DNA of 32,000 nt, from the NCBI RefSeq assembly GCF_000020385.1, contig NC_010814.1, positions 1,740,001-1,772,000 on the forward strand. Direction: 5' to 3'. This DNA is from Trichlorobacter lovleyi SZ (GTDB taxonomy: Bacteria > Desulfobacterota > Desulfuromonadia > Geobacterales > Pseudopelobacteraceae). Shown here in pieces: positions 14,460 to 23,805 of the stretch (its first letter is position 1; every line of letters starts with the position of its first letter). The translations under genes were made by a program, and so were the position numbers. The notes under the pieces are model-generated. The model saw only the letters and a list, made by a program, of their open reading frames with translations, ran no database searches and had not been told where the DNA came from.

Positions 14460-16064
14460 TCAGAATATTTTTTTTACGATAGTATCTTTTTTGCCGTTCT
14501 GTTCATCACGCTCTGGGTAGTCGATGGTGTAGTGCAATCCGCGAGATTCTTTTCGCTGTTGTGCACAGGTGATGATCAGTTCAGCAACGGTTGCCAAGTT
14601 GCGCAGCTCAATCAGGTCAGAGGTGACAATAAAGTTCCAGTAGTACTCTTCGATCTCAGCCTGAATCAGTTGTATCCGACGCATGGCTCGTTCAAGCCGC
14701 TTTGTGCTGCGCACGATGCCGACATAATTCCACATGAAGCGTCGAATCTCGTCCCAATTTTGTGAGACAACGACCATTTCATCGCTATTGGTTGCGGTGC
14801 CGGAATCCCATTCTGGAAGTGAAGATGGTTTTGACACTGGTTGCGTGGTTAAGGCATCAATAGCATGTTTTGCTGCTTTACTGGCATAGACCGCTGCTTC
14901 CAGCAAGGAGTTGCTGGCAAGACGGTTGGCACCGTGCAGGCCGGTAAAGGCTACCTCTCCAATGGCGTATAAACCACGTACATCTGTCTGGCCGTGGGTA
15001 TTGACCTGGACACCGCCGCAAAGATAGTGGGCTGCCGGGACTACCGGTAACCAGTCTTTCGTCATGTCCAGGCCAAACTCCATGCAGGTCTGGTAAATAT
15101 TGGGGAATCTGTTTCGAACCACTTCAGCAGGTTCGTGGGTGATGTCAAGATAGACACAGTCATCGCCATAGGTTTTCATCTCATTGTCAATGGCGCGGGC
15201 TACTATGTCACGTGGAGCAAGATCCTTCAGGTGATGGTATTTTTCCATAAAGGCAGTGCCATCCCTGCGTCTGAGTATCGCCCCTTCACCTCGAACTGCT
15301 TCGGAGATCAGGAACGATTTGGCGTTGGGATGAAAAAGTGTGGTTGGGTGGAATTGCATGAACTCCATGTTGGCAACAGTCGCTCCGGCACGATATGCCA
15401 TGGCAACACCGTCACCGGAGGCTACATCTGGATTGCAGGTGTAGAGATAGACCTTGCCGGCACCACCACTGGCAAGCAGGGTTGCCCCCGCTGAAAAAGT
15501 TTTGACCCGAGCCTCTTTGATGTCAAGCACATAAGCACCAAGGCAGCAGTTGTCACTGACCGGCTGACGGGCAAGTTTGGCGCAGGTCAGCAGATCAATG
15601 GCAATATGGTCTTCAAAGACCTGGATGTTCGGGTTTAGCCTGACTGCTTCCACCAGTGCCCGTTCAATCTCACGCCCTGTGATGTCTTCAGCATGCAGGA
15701 TCCGCCTGGCGCTATGTCCCCCCTCACGGGTCAGGTCATATTCATCGCCTTTAAGAGTAGTGGTAAACTTGACCCCCCATTCAATCAGATTACGGATAGT
15801 CTGGGGCCCTTCCTCAACCACCATTCTGACGACATCTTCATGACAGATACCGGCACCGGCAACCAGAGTGTCTTCAATATGTGCGTCAAAGGAATCTTCA
15901 CTTGAAAAGACAGATGCGATCCCCCCCTGCGCGTAACGGGTTGCAGATTCAGCTATTTCTCGCTTGGTAACAACGGAAACCGTGCCGTGAACAGCGGCCT
16001 GAAGTGCAAAGGACAGTCCGGCAATACCACTGCCGATGACCAGAAAATCACTTTCAATGATCAT
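14460..16064 (-). CDS. nadB: L-aspartate oxidase
   Basis: Start taken at [21 protein letters not shown] (ATG at 16064, GGGAG 7 nt upstream). It has the FAD fingerprint [50 protein letters not shown]. The 24 extra N-terminal codons in the track ORF are not typical of NadB. Confidence 0.92.
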   Translation of the reverse strand: MIIESDFLVIGSGIAGLSFALQAAVHGTVSVVTKREIAESATRYAQGGIASVFSSEDSFDAHIEDTLVAGAGICHEDVVRMVVEEGPQTIRNLIEWGVKFTTTLKGDEYDLTREGGHSARRILHAEDITGREIERALVEAVRLNPNIQVFEDHIAIDLLTCAKLARQPVSDNCCLGAYVLDIKEARVKTFSAGATLLASGGAGKVYLYTCNPDVASGDGVAMAYRAGATVANMEFMQFHPTTLFHPNAKSFLISEAVRGEGAILRRRDGTAFMEKYHHLKDLAPRDIVARAIDNEMKTYGDDCVYLDITHEPAEVVRNRFPNIYQTCMEFGLDMTKDWLPVVPAAHYLCGGVQVNTHGQTDVRGLYAIGEVAFTGLHGANRLASNSLLEAAVYASKAAKHAIDALTTQPVSKPSSLPEWDSGTATNSDEMVVVSQNWDEIRRFMWNYVGIVRSTKRLERAMRRIQLIQAEIEEYYWNFIVTSDLIELRNLATVAELIITCAQQRKESRGLHYTIDYPERDEQNGKKDTIVKKIF

Positions 16065-16184
16065 GGGATACTCCCGTGATGATGATGTATACAAACTGAA
16101 AAATAGATTATTGAACCGTGGGAGTAGATTTGTCAAGGTATCAGGGTTGTTTCAGACCTCAAATTATGCCATATACAGTTTACT

Positions 16185-17132
16185 ATGCGTACCATCATAA
16201 CGAATGATTTTTCCCATCCGCTTGCTGAGAGATCCGTGGTTACTATCGGCAATTTTGATGGTGTTCACCGCGGGCATCGTGAAATTTTCCGTCAGGTTAC
16301 CGAGCGTGCAAGGGCGCTGTCCGCCACCTCTGTTGTGGTGACATTCAGCCCCCATCCCTTACGGGTATTGCAGCCTGACAACCGTCGTTTCTGCCTGATT
16401 ACTACAGATGAACAAAAGCGCGAGTTGATAGCAGAGAATGATATTGATCTGCTGCTCGTAATCCCATTTACCAGGGAATTTGCTGCAGTTTCGGCAGATG
16501 ATTTTGTCCGTAGTGTTTTGCATGCCTGTTTGGGGGTCCGATTTCTGGTTATTGGGCATGATTATGCTTTTGGCAGGGGGCGGGAGGGGAATGAGCAGTT
16601 TTTGGTCCAGATGGGGCAAAGACTTGATTTTGATGTTAAGGTGCTTGAACCGGTTGGTGATGGTGGTGTGTTGTTCAGCAGCAGTGTTGTGCGGCGTTTG
16701 GTGGCAGATGGCGCTGTTGTGGATGCACTGCAGATTTTAGGGCGTTGCCACCGGGTTTGCGGCCAGGTGGTGCATGGCCGTGAAATTGGTCGTTCACTGG
16801 GATTTCCGACTGCTAATATTGTGACGCACAATGAACTGATTCCCGGAGATGGTGTCTATGCAGTCTGGGTTTCTGTGTTGGGCGAGCTGTTGATGGGGGC
16901 CTGCAGTATAGGCGTAAATCCGACCTTTGAAGGCGGGCAGCATACCATTGAGGTATTTCTGTTTGATTTTAACGATGATCTCTACGGCCAGGATGTGGTG
17001 GTACATTTTGTTGAAAAATTACGTGATGTAACCCGTTTTGCTGATGTTGCGGCGTTGAAAAGCCAGATTGCCGCGGATGTGGTTTCTGCCAGAGCTATTC
17101 TGGCGGCTGGCCTGCCGGTGGAGCAGTCGTAA
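16185..17132 (+). CDS. ribF: Bifunctional riboflavin kinase / FMN adenylyltransferase
   Basis: VVTIGNFDGVHRGH (FAD synthetase motif), the C-terminal kinase part GREIGRSLGFPTANI, and 315 aa length. Confidence 0.92.
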   Translation: MRTIITNDFSHPLAERSVVTIGNFDGVHRGHREIFRQVTERARALSATSVVVTFSPHPLRVLQPDNRRFCLITTDEQKRELIAENDIDLLLVIPFTREFAAVSADDFVRSVLHACLGVRFLVIGHDYAFGRGREGNEQFLVQMGQRLDFDVKVLEPVGDGGVLFSSSVVRRLVADGAVVDALQILGRCHRVCGQVVHGREIGRSLGFPTANIVTHNELIPGDGVYAVWVSVLGELLMGACSIGVNPTFEGGQHTIEVFLFDFNDDLYGQDVVVHFVEKLRDVTRFADVAALKSQIAADVVSARAILAAGLPVEQS

Positions 17133-18151
17133 TGAAACGTTCAAGCCTGTTGTTCTGGGGGGGAAGCGGCATCAGCCTGCTGCTGCTTGTCGTGCTGTTA
17201 CGTAAGATTGATTTCCACTCGCTGGCTGAAGCATTACGGCGTCTTGACCTGCGTTACCTGGTCGCTGCGATACTCTTTACTTTTCTTAGTTACTGGCTGC
17301 GTGCTGTCCGCTGGCGCTATCTCCTGATACACGAACGTCCCGTGCGGCTCTCCTCTTTGTATCCATCTGTGATTATTGGATATATGGCTAACAATTTATT
17401 TCCGGCCCGATTGGGAGAGTTTATCCGGGCCTGGGTGCTGGCTGAACGGGAACAAATGCAAGCGCCGTCGGTATTTGCGTCGCTGGTGATTGATCGTCTG
17501 TTTGACGGTTTCAGTGTGATGGTGATGCTGGCAGGGGTGCTGCTGACCCTCCAGCTGCCGCCAGGTATGGAACAGTCTGCAGCGGTGTTGCGTGCCGGCG
17601 GGGTTACCACACTAATCTTTTACAGTGTTGTCATCGCCTCGCTGATACTGTTGAAAGTTCGCCCTGTTGCGACACTGGCATTGCTTGGAAAACTGTTGAA
17701 GCCGTTCCCCGCTGCCGTTGCCGAGAAATGTATTCCCCTTGTCGGCTCATTTCTTGGTGGCTTGCATGTCTCGCGCCGAAGTGCCGATCTGATGGCCGTG
17801 TTGGTCAGCTCGCTCCTGATCTGGCTCAGTGCCACCCTGCCGATCTATCTGGTGTTAGTCGGGTTCGGGATCCACCTGCCGTTGACTGCTTCGTTTTTTA
17901 TTATGGTGTTGCTGGTTTTTGCCGTGATGGTACCGGCAGCCCCCGGCTATATCGGTACCTATCATCTGGCCTGTTATACCGGGCTTGCTGCCTTTGGGCT
18001 GCCTGACACTGAGTCGGTAAGCATTGCGTTAGTAATTCACGGGGTCGGCTTTTTCCCGGTTATACTGGCCGGATTGTATCATGTCTGGTCCCAGGGCGTG
18101 TCGCTGGCCAGCATGCGTAAACAGGCTGTGTCTGATGGGGCGCACCAGTGA
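17132..18151 (+). CDS. Flippase-like polytopic membrane protein (UPF0104 / LPG_synthase_TM family)
   Basis: Multi-TM 339-aa protein with LRAVRWRYLL and NNLFPARLGEFIRAWVL, the P-x-R-x-GE-x-x-R signature I associate with this family. The ATG overlaps the ribF stop (TAATG). Confidence 0.72.
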   Translation: MKRSSLLFWGGSGISLLLLVVLLRKIDFHSLAEALRRLDLRYLVAAILFTFLSYWLRAVRWRYLLIHERPVRLSSLYPSVIIGYMANNLFPARLGEFIRAWVLAEREQMQAPSVFASLVIDRLFDGFSVMVMLAGVLLTLQLPPGMEQSAAVLRAGGVTTLIFYSVVIASLILLKVRPVATLALLGKLLKPFPAAVAEKCIPLVGSFLGGLHVSRRSADLMAVLVSSLLIWLSATLPIYLVLVGFGIHLPLTASFFIMVLLVFAVMVPAAPGYIGTYHLACYTGLAAFGLPDTESVSIALVIHGVGFFPVILAGLYHVWSQGVSLASMRKQAVSDGAHQ

Positions 18152-20022
18152 TAGAAAGAGTTGGCCGCTATCTGGACGGCTGGTCCCTCGTGGCCTTTTT
18201 GCTTCCGTTTGGACTTTATCTCTGGTGTCTGGCACCAAGTATCACCTTTTATGACAGTGGTGAGTTCGTCACAGCTGTACACTTTCTCGGGTCTGCACAT
18301 TCTCCGGGGTATCCCCTTTTTCTGCTCTATGCCAAGCCGTTTACCTGGTTGCCGATCGGCAACATAGCTTTCAGGGTGAATCTGGCAACTGCGGTTTCAG
18401 CTGCCTTGGCCTGTTTTGCGGTCTATCATCTGCTCAAGAAGGTGCTGCAGGAAACAGAATTTTGTGATGATGCTGGATTTTCCAAGTTTGTCCTGCATTT
18501 GACAGCGCTGTCCGGCGCCTTTACCTTTGCCGTCTCGCCACGGCTCTGGCTGCAGAGCAACCATGATAAGCCTTATCCGTTGCTGGCGTTTATAAGTGCA
18601 GTGATGCTGTATTTTTTACTGTGTTGGCGCGAAAACTATCTGCGCGGTGATGAACAGCCGTCCTGGTGGTATGGGACAGCCTTTCTTGCCGGGCTGGCCA
18701 CCGGTGCTCATCAGACCATTGTGTTATTGTTGCCCGGCTGTATTCTGTTCATACTGGTTACTGCTCCACAGTCAATACGAAGGGGGCGGGAGTGGTTGCT
18801 GAGTGGGGGGATGTTACTGGCTGGAGGCGCTGTACAATTGTATCTGCCGCTGAGGGCTGCCGCTGAAACCCGGCAGAACTGGGGTGATACAGATACCTTG
18901 TCGCGTTTTCTCTGGCACCTGTTGCGGAAGGGGTATCCTGAGGAGCCGCACAATCGGGATTTCAGCCTGCTGCTGAAGCAACTTGGCGCTTTCAATGTTC
19001 CCCATGAATTTGGCTGGGTTGGACTGTTTTTGTTATTAATTGGCCTCTGGGCCTGCTGGCGGGCAGATCGGGCATTGCTAGTCTATCTGCTGGCAACTCT
19101 GCTTTCGTTTTGGCTGGTCATTGCCGGGTACTTTAATCCACAGCCTGACTCTATTTTTCTGACTGAGGAGTTCTATACGCCGCTTTACCTGCTGGCAGCG
19201 CTGATTATTCCCATCGGGCTGTTTGCTCTGGCAGCGCGGGGTGCAGGAGCTGCTCAAAAACCTGAACACTATGGACTGCACCATAAGCTGTTGCTGACAG
19301 TGTTTTTCCTGTTGATTCCGCTGTCACAGCTGGCATCCAATCTGGCATCTCAGGATCAGCATAACAATTACCTGGCCCAGGATTATGCGCTGAATACCCT
19401 GCGTCCTTTGCCGGATGAAGCGGTTTTATTTACCTGGGGGGATAGTGGAGCCTTTCCACTCTGGTATCTGCAAGGGGTCGAACGGTTCAGAGAGGATCTT
19501 GACCTGGCTCACATTCCTCATCTGGTTTTTCCATGGTACCAGCGTGAATTGCCGCGCCTTGCACCGGCATTCAAGGGAGAGACTGGTACAGCTACCGGCG
19601 AGTTGGTTTTTGCGCATCTGGTTGAGACACTTCGTCAGCAGAGACCGGTATTGATGGACTTTTCAACCCGTTATTCCCTGGATTGGCGCAAACAGCAGCC
19701 GGTTCAGCAAGGGATGGTTTATTGGGTCCAGGATGCCCCTGCAGGGCAGCAGGATGACGTTTCAATCTGGGAGTTCTATGTGCTGCACCGGCTTATTCCC
19801 AAAGGATGGCAACCAGATATGGATTCTCACAAGGCATTGGTCATACATGCCTACTGTCTCTTGCAGTCTGCCGAAGATCTGGCCAGGCGTGGACATGTCA
19901 AGGAAGCTGGGCACTTGCTGCAGCTGACCGGCAGAATCATGCCTGTTTGGCAGGAGAAACTGAGTCAGATGCAGCAGCGCTATGCTATTCCCGCTCCAGC
20001 AGGAGAAACAGATGAACGTTGA
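18148..20022 (+). CDS. DUF2723/TMEM260-like GT-C-fold membrane glycosyltransferase candidate
   Basis: 624 aa with a polytopic N-terminal roughly 390 aa beginning SITFYDSGEFVTAVHFLGSAHSPGYPLF (acidic D-x-GEF loop) and a soluble C-terminal roughly 230 aa. The GTG start overlaps the upstream stop (GTGA at 18148-18151). Family assignment is from memory of the motif. Confidence 0.62.
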   Translation: MIERVGRYLDGWSLVAFLLPFGLYLWCLAPSITFYDSGEFVTAVHFLGSAHSPGYPLFLLYAKPFTWLPIGNIAFRVNLATAVSAALACFAVYHLLKKVLQETEFCDDAGFSKFVLHLTALSGAFTFAVSPRLWLQSNHDKPYPLLAFISAVMLYFLLCWRENYLRGDEQPSWWYGTAFLAGLATGAHQTIVLLLPGCILFILVTAPQSIRRGREWLLSGGMLLAGGAVQLYLPLRAAAETRQNWGDTDTLSRFLWHLLRKGYPEEPHNRDFSLLLKQLGAFNVPHEFGWVGLFLLLIGLWACWRADRALLVYLLATLLSFWLVIAGYFNPQPDSIFLTEEFYTPLYLLAALIIPIGLFALAARGAGAAQKPEHYGLHHKLLLTVFFLLIPLSQLASNLASQDQHNNYLAQDYALNTLRPLPDEAVLFTWGDSGAFPLWYLQGVERFREDLDLAHIPHLVFPWYQRELPRLAPAFKGETGTATGELVFAHLVETLRQQRPVLMDFSTRYSLDWRKQQPVQQGMVYWVQDAPAGQQDDVSIWEFYVLHRLIPKGWQPDMDSHKALVIHAYCLLQSAEDLARRGHVKEAGHLLQLTGRIMPVWQEKLSQMQQRYAIPAPAGETDER

Positions 20023-20893
20023 ATCAATAGTTACCGGGAAAACCAAAGTGTACGGGATTATCGGCTGGCCGGTGGCTCACTCTCTTTCGCCGGTAATGCA
20101 GAATGCAGCACTTCAGGCAGCTGCTGTTGATGCAATCTATGTCCCGTTTGCCGTTGCGCCAGATCAGCTGGCAACAGCCATCTCCGGACTGCGGGCCATG
20201 CATGTCAGTGGCTTCAATGTCACCATTCCCCATAAAACCGCCATCATGACATTGCTAGATGAACTGTCTCCTGTTGCTGTTCAGGCAGGAGCGGTTAATA
20301 CGGTGGTTAATCAGGGAGGGCGCTTGATTGGCCATAACACTGATGGAGATGGGCTTGTCATCTCACTGGAAGAAGATCTTAACTGTCCTGTCACTGGAAG
20401 CAATGTTGTGCTGGTTGGCGCCGGCGGGGCAGCTTGCGGGGCGTTGGCGGCACTTTGTCGTGCCGGGGTCCGCTCCGTTGTGGTACTTAATCGAAACTTG
20501 AATGCAGCAGAGGGTTTGATCGCCTCGTTTCGCGACCATTTTCCGCATATTCTGCTGCGGGCATGCACTCTGGGGGAACAGCCAGAAGAGGTGTTGCGCC
20601 AGAGTGACTTGGTCATTAACGCCACTTCTCTGGGGATGTCCGGCGAAAAAATTGAGGGGCTCTCCCTTGCGCTTCTGCCTGACCATGCTAAAGTGTACGA
20701 CATGGTCTATAATGCTTCTTTGACCACGCTTTTGCATGATGCCGACAAACGAGGGGTCAAGGCCGTCAATGGTCTGGGGATGCTGATTGCGCAAGGGGAG
20801 CTGGCATTTGAGTTGTGGCATGGCATTCCAGCCGCAAGAGGCGTCATGCGAACCGCGCTGCAGTCGTTTTTGTCCAGCGCAGCAAAGGCTTGA
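20012..20893 (+). CDS. aroE: Shikimate dehydrogenase
   Basis: Start at the ATG at 20012 (AGGAG at 20001-20005), giving MNVESIVTGKTKVYGIIGWPVAHSLSPVMQNAA. Also GFNVTIPHK, NTDGDG and VGAGGAACGA (NADP fold). It overlaps the upstream ORF by 11 nt. Confidence 0.88.
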   Translation: MNVESIVTGKTKVYGIIGWPVAHSLSPVMQNAALQAAAVDAIYVPFAVAPDQLATAISGLRAMHVSGFNVTIPHKTAIMTLLDELSPVAVQAGAVNTVVNQGGRLIGHNTDGDGLVISLEEDLNCPVTGSNVVLVGAGGAACGALAALCRAGVRSVVVLNRNLNAAEGLIASFRDHFPHILLRACTLGEQPEEVLRQSDLVINATSLGMSGEKIEGLSLALLPDHAKVYDMVYNASLTTLLHDADKRGVKAVNGLGMLIAQGELAFELWHGIPAARGVMRTALQSFLSSAAKA

Positions 20894-20919
20894 CAGTATC
20901 TGATTCCGACCGCTAGTAT
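20890..20919 (+). promoter_or_regulatory. Candidate sigma70-type promoter (TTGACA-N18-TAGTAT) for pilB
   Basis: TTGACA at 20890-20895 overlaps the aroE stop; TAGTAT at 20914-20919; about 48 nt upstream of the pilB ATG. Sequence match only. Confidence 0.35.
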
Positions 20920-20966
20920 CCGCATGTTACGCTCGATTTTTATCATACCTTTTTGACGGGAGTCCC

Positions 20967-22673
20967 ATGCAGACGAGCCGCCTTGGCGATATTCTGGTTA
21001 AAAACAATATCATTACCAGTGAACAGCTGAGCGCTGCGTTGCAGGAACAGAAGATGTCCGGCGGCCAGAGTAAGCTGGGCTCCATTCTGGTCAAGCAGGG
21101 ACTGATCAAAGAGCCTGATCTGGTGTCGTTTCTCTCGCGTCAGTATGGGGTCCCCACCATCTGTCTTGCTGAATATGAGATTGATCCTGCTGTCATAAAG
21201 ATCATCCCTCCTGAAGTTGTTCAAAAATACAACCTGATACCGGTCAACCGGGCCGGCTCAACCCTGATCGTAGCGGTCAGTGATCCCTCCAACCTGTTTG
21301 CCATCGAAGATATCAAGTTCATGACCAGCTACAACGTTGAGATGGTTGTGACCGGCGAGTCTGATATCAAAGGGGCCATAGACAAGTATTACGACCAGTC
21401 CGCATCCCTGGCGGATGTGATGGATAACCTGGATATGGAGGATCTGGAACTGGTGGACACCGAGGAAGAGGTGGATGTCTCCTCCCTTGAACGTGCCACC
21501 GAAGATGCTCCGGTTGTCAAACTGGTAAACCTGATTTTGATGGATGCCATCAAGAAGAAGGCCAGTGATATCCATATTGAACCCTATGAAAAGACCTTTC
21601 GGGTCCGCTACCGGATAGATGGTGTCTTGTACGAAGTAATGAAACCTCCCATGAAGTTGAAGAATGCCATCACCTCCCGGATCAAGATCATGGCGGAGCT
21701 GGATATTGCCGAGCGCCGCTTGCCGCAGGATGGCCGGATCAAGATCAAGCTGGGAGGCGGCAGAGACATGGACTACCGGGTTTCATGTCTTCCAACGCTT
21801 TTTGGTGAGAAGATCGTCTTGCGGCTGCTTGACAAAAGCAACCTGCAGACCGACTTGACCAAACTGGGGTACGAACCGGATGCATTGGCCCACTTCAAGC
21901 GCGAGATCCATAAGCCGTTCGGCATGGTACTGGTGACCGGTCCCACCGGCTCCGGTAAGACGGTGTCGCTCTATTCGGCGCTGTCTGAACTGAACAAGGT
22001 GACGGAAAATATCTCCACTGCAGAAGATCCGGTTGAGTTTAACTTTGCCGGCATTAATCAGGTGCAGATGCATGAAGATATCGGATTGAACTTTGCCGCA
22101 GCCCTGCGTTCCTTTCTGCGTCAGGATCCGGATATCATCATGATCGGTGAGATCCGGGACTTTGAAACGGCTGAAATTGCCGTCAAGGCCGCTCTGACCG
22201 GACACTTGGTGCTTTCCACCCTGCATACCAACGATGCGCCGGCAACGATCAACCGTCTGCTTAACATGGGCATAGAGCCGTTTCTGGTGGCCTCTGCCGT
22301 CAACCTGATTACTGCCCAGCGTCTGGCTCGACGTGTCTGTGGTGAGTGCAAAGAAAAAGAGGATATCCCGGTCCAGGCCCTGATTGATGCAGGAGTACCT
22401 CCCGATGAGGCCTCTGAGTATGTCTGCTATAAAGGCAGGGGATGCCCTGCGTGTAATAATACCGGATACAAGGGGCGGGTCGGTTTTTACCAGGTCATGC
22501 CGATGCTCGAACCGATCCGGGAACTGATCCTGAACGGAGCCAATACGGCTGAGATCAAGCGGGAATCAATGCGGCTCGGCATTAAGACCATGCGTCAGTC
22601 CGGTCTAACCAAGATCAAAGAAGGTGTTACATCTCTCGAAGAGGTTTTGCGGGTAACGGTTTCCGACGAGTAA
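20967..22673 (+). CDS. pilB: Type IV pilus extension ATPase PilB
   Basis: 568 aa with an MshEN-like N terminus, T2SSE_N region, Walker A GPTGSGKTVS, DPDIIMIGEIRD, TGHLVLSTLHTN and tetracysteine CGEC...CPAC. It is followed directly by pilT and pilC. Confidence 0.93.
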   Translation: MQTSRLGDILVKNNIITSEQLSAALQEQKMSGGQSKLGSILVKQGLIKEPDLVSFLSRQYGVPTICLAEYEIDPAVIKIIPPEVVQKYNLIPVNRAGSTLIVAVSDPSNLFAIEDIKFMTSYNVEMVVTGESDIKGAIDKYYDQSASLADVMDNLDMEDLELVDTEEEVDVSSLERATEDAPVVKLVNLILMDAIKKKASDIHIEPYEKTFRVRYRIDGVLYEVMKPPMKLKNAITSRIKIMAELDIAERRLPQDGRIKIKLGGGRDMDYRVSCLPTLFGEKIVLRLLDKSNLQTDLTKLGYEPDALAHFKREIHKPFGMVLVTGPTGSGKTVSLYSALSELNKVTENISTAEDPVEFNFAGINQVQMHEDIGLNFAAALRSFLRQDPDIIMIGEIRDFETAEIAVKAALTGHLVLSTLHTNDAPATINRLLNMGIEPFLVASAVNLITAQRLARRVCGECKEKEDIPVQALIDAGVPPDEASEYVCYKGRGCPACNNTGYKGRVGFYQVMPMLEPIRELILNGANTAEIKRESMRLGIKTMRQSGLTKIKEGVTSLEEVLRVTVSDE

Positions 22674-22685
22674 GGAGTCACTTTT

Positions 22686-23777
22686 ATGGCTAATCTTCAC
22701 GAACTGCTGAAAACCCTGGTGGAAGCAGGTGGGTCTGATCTTCATATTACCACTAATACCCAGCCTCAGATCAGGGTGGATGGTAAGCTGCAAAAGCTTG
22801 ATATACCACCGTTAAATGCGGTTGAAACCAAGCAACTCTGCTATTCGGTGCTGACTGACACCCAAAAGCACAAATTCGAAGAGGAAAACGAGCTTGATCT
22901 TTCTTTCGGTGTCAAGGGGTTGTCCCGCTTCCGGGGAAACATCTTTGTGCAGCGCGGTGCGGTGGCAGGGGTTTTCCGGGTTATTCCCTACAAGATCTTG
23001 TCTTTTGAAGAGCTTGGTCTGCCACCGGTTGTCAAGGAGTTGGCAGAAAAACCCCGTGGGCTGATTCTGGTGACCGGTCCTACCGGTAGCGGTAAATCAA
23101 CTACCCTGGCTTCAATCATTGATTTCATTAACATTAACCGTAAAGAACATATTGTTACCATTGAGGATCCGATAGAATATCTGCATCCCCACAAAGGCTG
23201 CCTGGTGAACCAGCGTGAGGTCGGAGCCGACACCAAGGGGTTTAAAAACGCACTGAAGTACGTTCTGCGTCAGGATCCAGACGTTGTGCTGGTGGGAGAG
23301 TTGCGGGATCTGGAAACGATTGAGGCTGCCCTGACCCTGTCCGAAACCGGCCACCTCTGTCTGGCTACGCTGCATACCAACTCCTGCGCCCAGACCATCA
23401 ACCGGATTGTGGATGTATTTCCCCCCTATCAGCAGACCCAGATTCGTGCCCAGCTCTCATTTGTGCTGGAGGGGGTTATGTCCCAGGCCCTGATCCCCAA
23501 GATTGGCGGTGGCAGGGTTATGTCACTTGAAATTATGGTGCCGAACCCGGCAATCCGCAACCTTATCAGGGAAGACAAGGTCCACCAGATCTACTCCCAG
23601 ATGCAGGTTGGCCAGGAGAAGTTTGGGATGCAAACCATGAACCAGTCGCTCTATTCGCTTTTTTCCCGGAGACTGATTACCCTTGATGATGCCATGGGGC
23701 GCACCTCTGATCCTGACGAGTTGAGACAGATGATTAACAATCCTACGATGGGGATGCGTCAGCAGCCGCGCCGATAG
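22686..23777 (+). CDS. pilT: Type IV pilus retraction ATPase PilT
   Basis: 363 aa with GGSDLHIT, Walker A GPTGSGKST, DPDVVLVGELRD, TGHLCLATLHTN and the PilT signature AIRNLIREDKVHQIYS. Confidence 0.93.
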   Translation: MANLHELLKTLVEAGGSDLHITTNTQPQIRVDGKLQKLDIPPLNAVETKQLCYSVLTDTQKHKFEEENELDLSFGVKGLSRFRGNIFVQRGAVAGVFRVIPYKILSFEELGLPPVVKELAEKPRGLILVTGPTGSGKSTTLASIIDFININRKEHIVTIEDPIEYLHPHKGCLVNQREVGADTKGFKNALKYVLRQDPDVVLVGELRDLETIEAALTLSETGHLCLATLHTNSCAQTINRIVDVFPPYQQTQIRAQLSFVLEGVMSQALIPKIGGGRVMSLEIMVPNPAIRNLIREDKVHQIYSQMQVGQEKFGMQTMNQSLYSLFSRRLITLDDAMGRTSDPDELRQMINNPTMGMRQQPRR

Positions 23778-23805
23778 CCGGACACGATTCTGAAGGAGGA
23801 ACAGC

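Noticed and set aside
16069-16126. A 7-nt inverted repeat, TACTCCC (16069-16075) with GGGAGTA (16120-16126). In a nadB leader it could act as an anti-SD pairing with the nadB Shine-Dalgarno.
   Set aside because: The only decent minus-strand -35 (TTGACA, complement of 16131-16136) would place the start site downstream of the anti-SD copy, which excludes it from the mRNA. The stem is only 7 bp with a roughly 44-nt loop.
16065-16136. A 24-codon N-terminal extension of nadB in the track ([24 protein letters not shown]).
   Set aside because: NadB proteins start a few residues before the GSGxAG FAD motif. The ATG at 16064 has a GGGAG RBS. The extension would consume the divergent promoter region.
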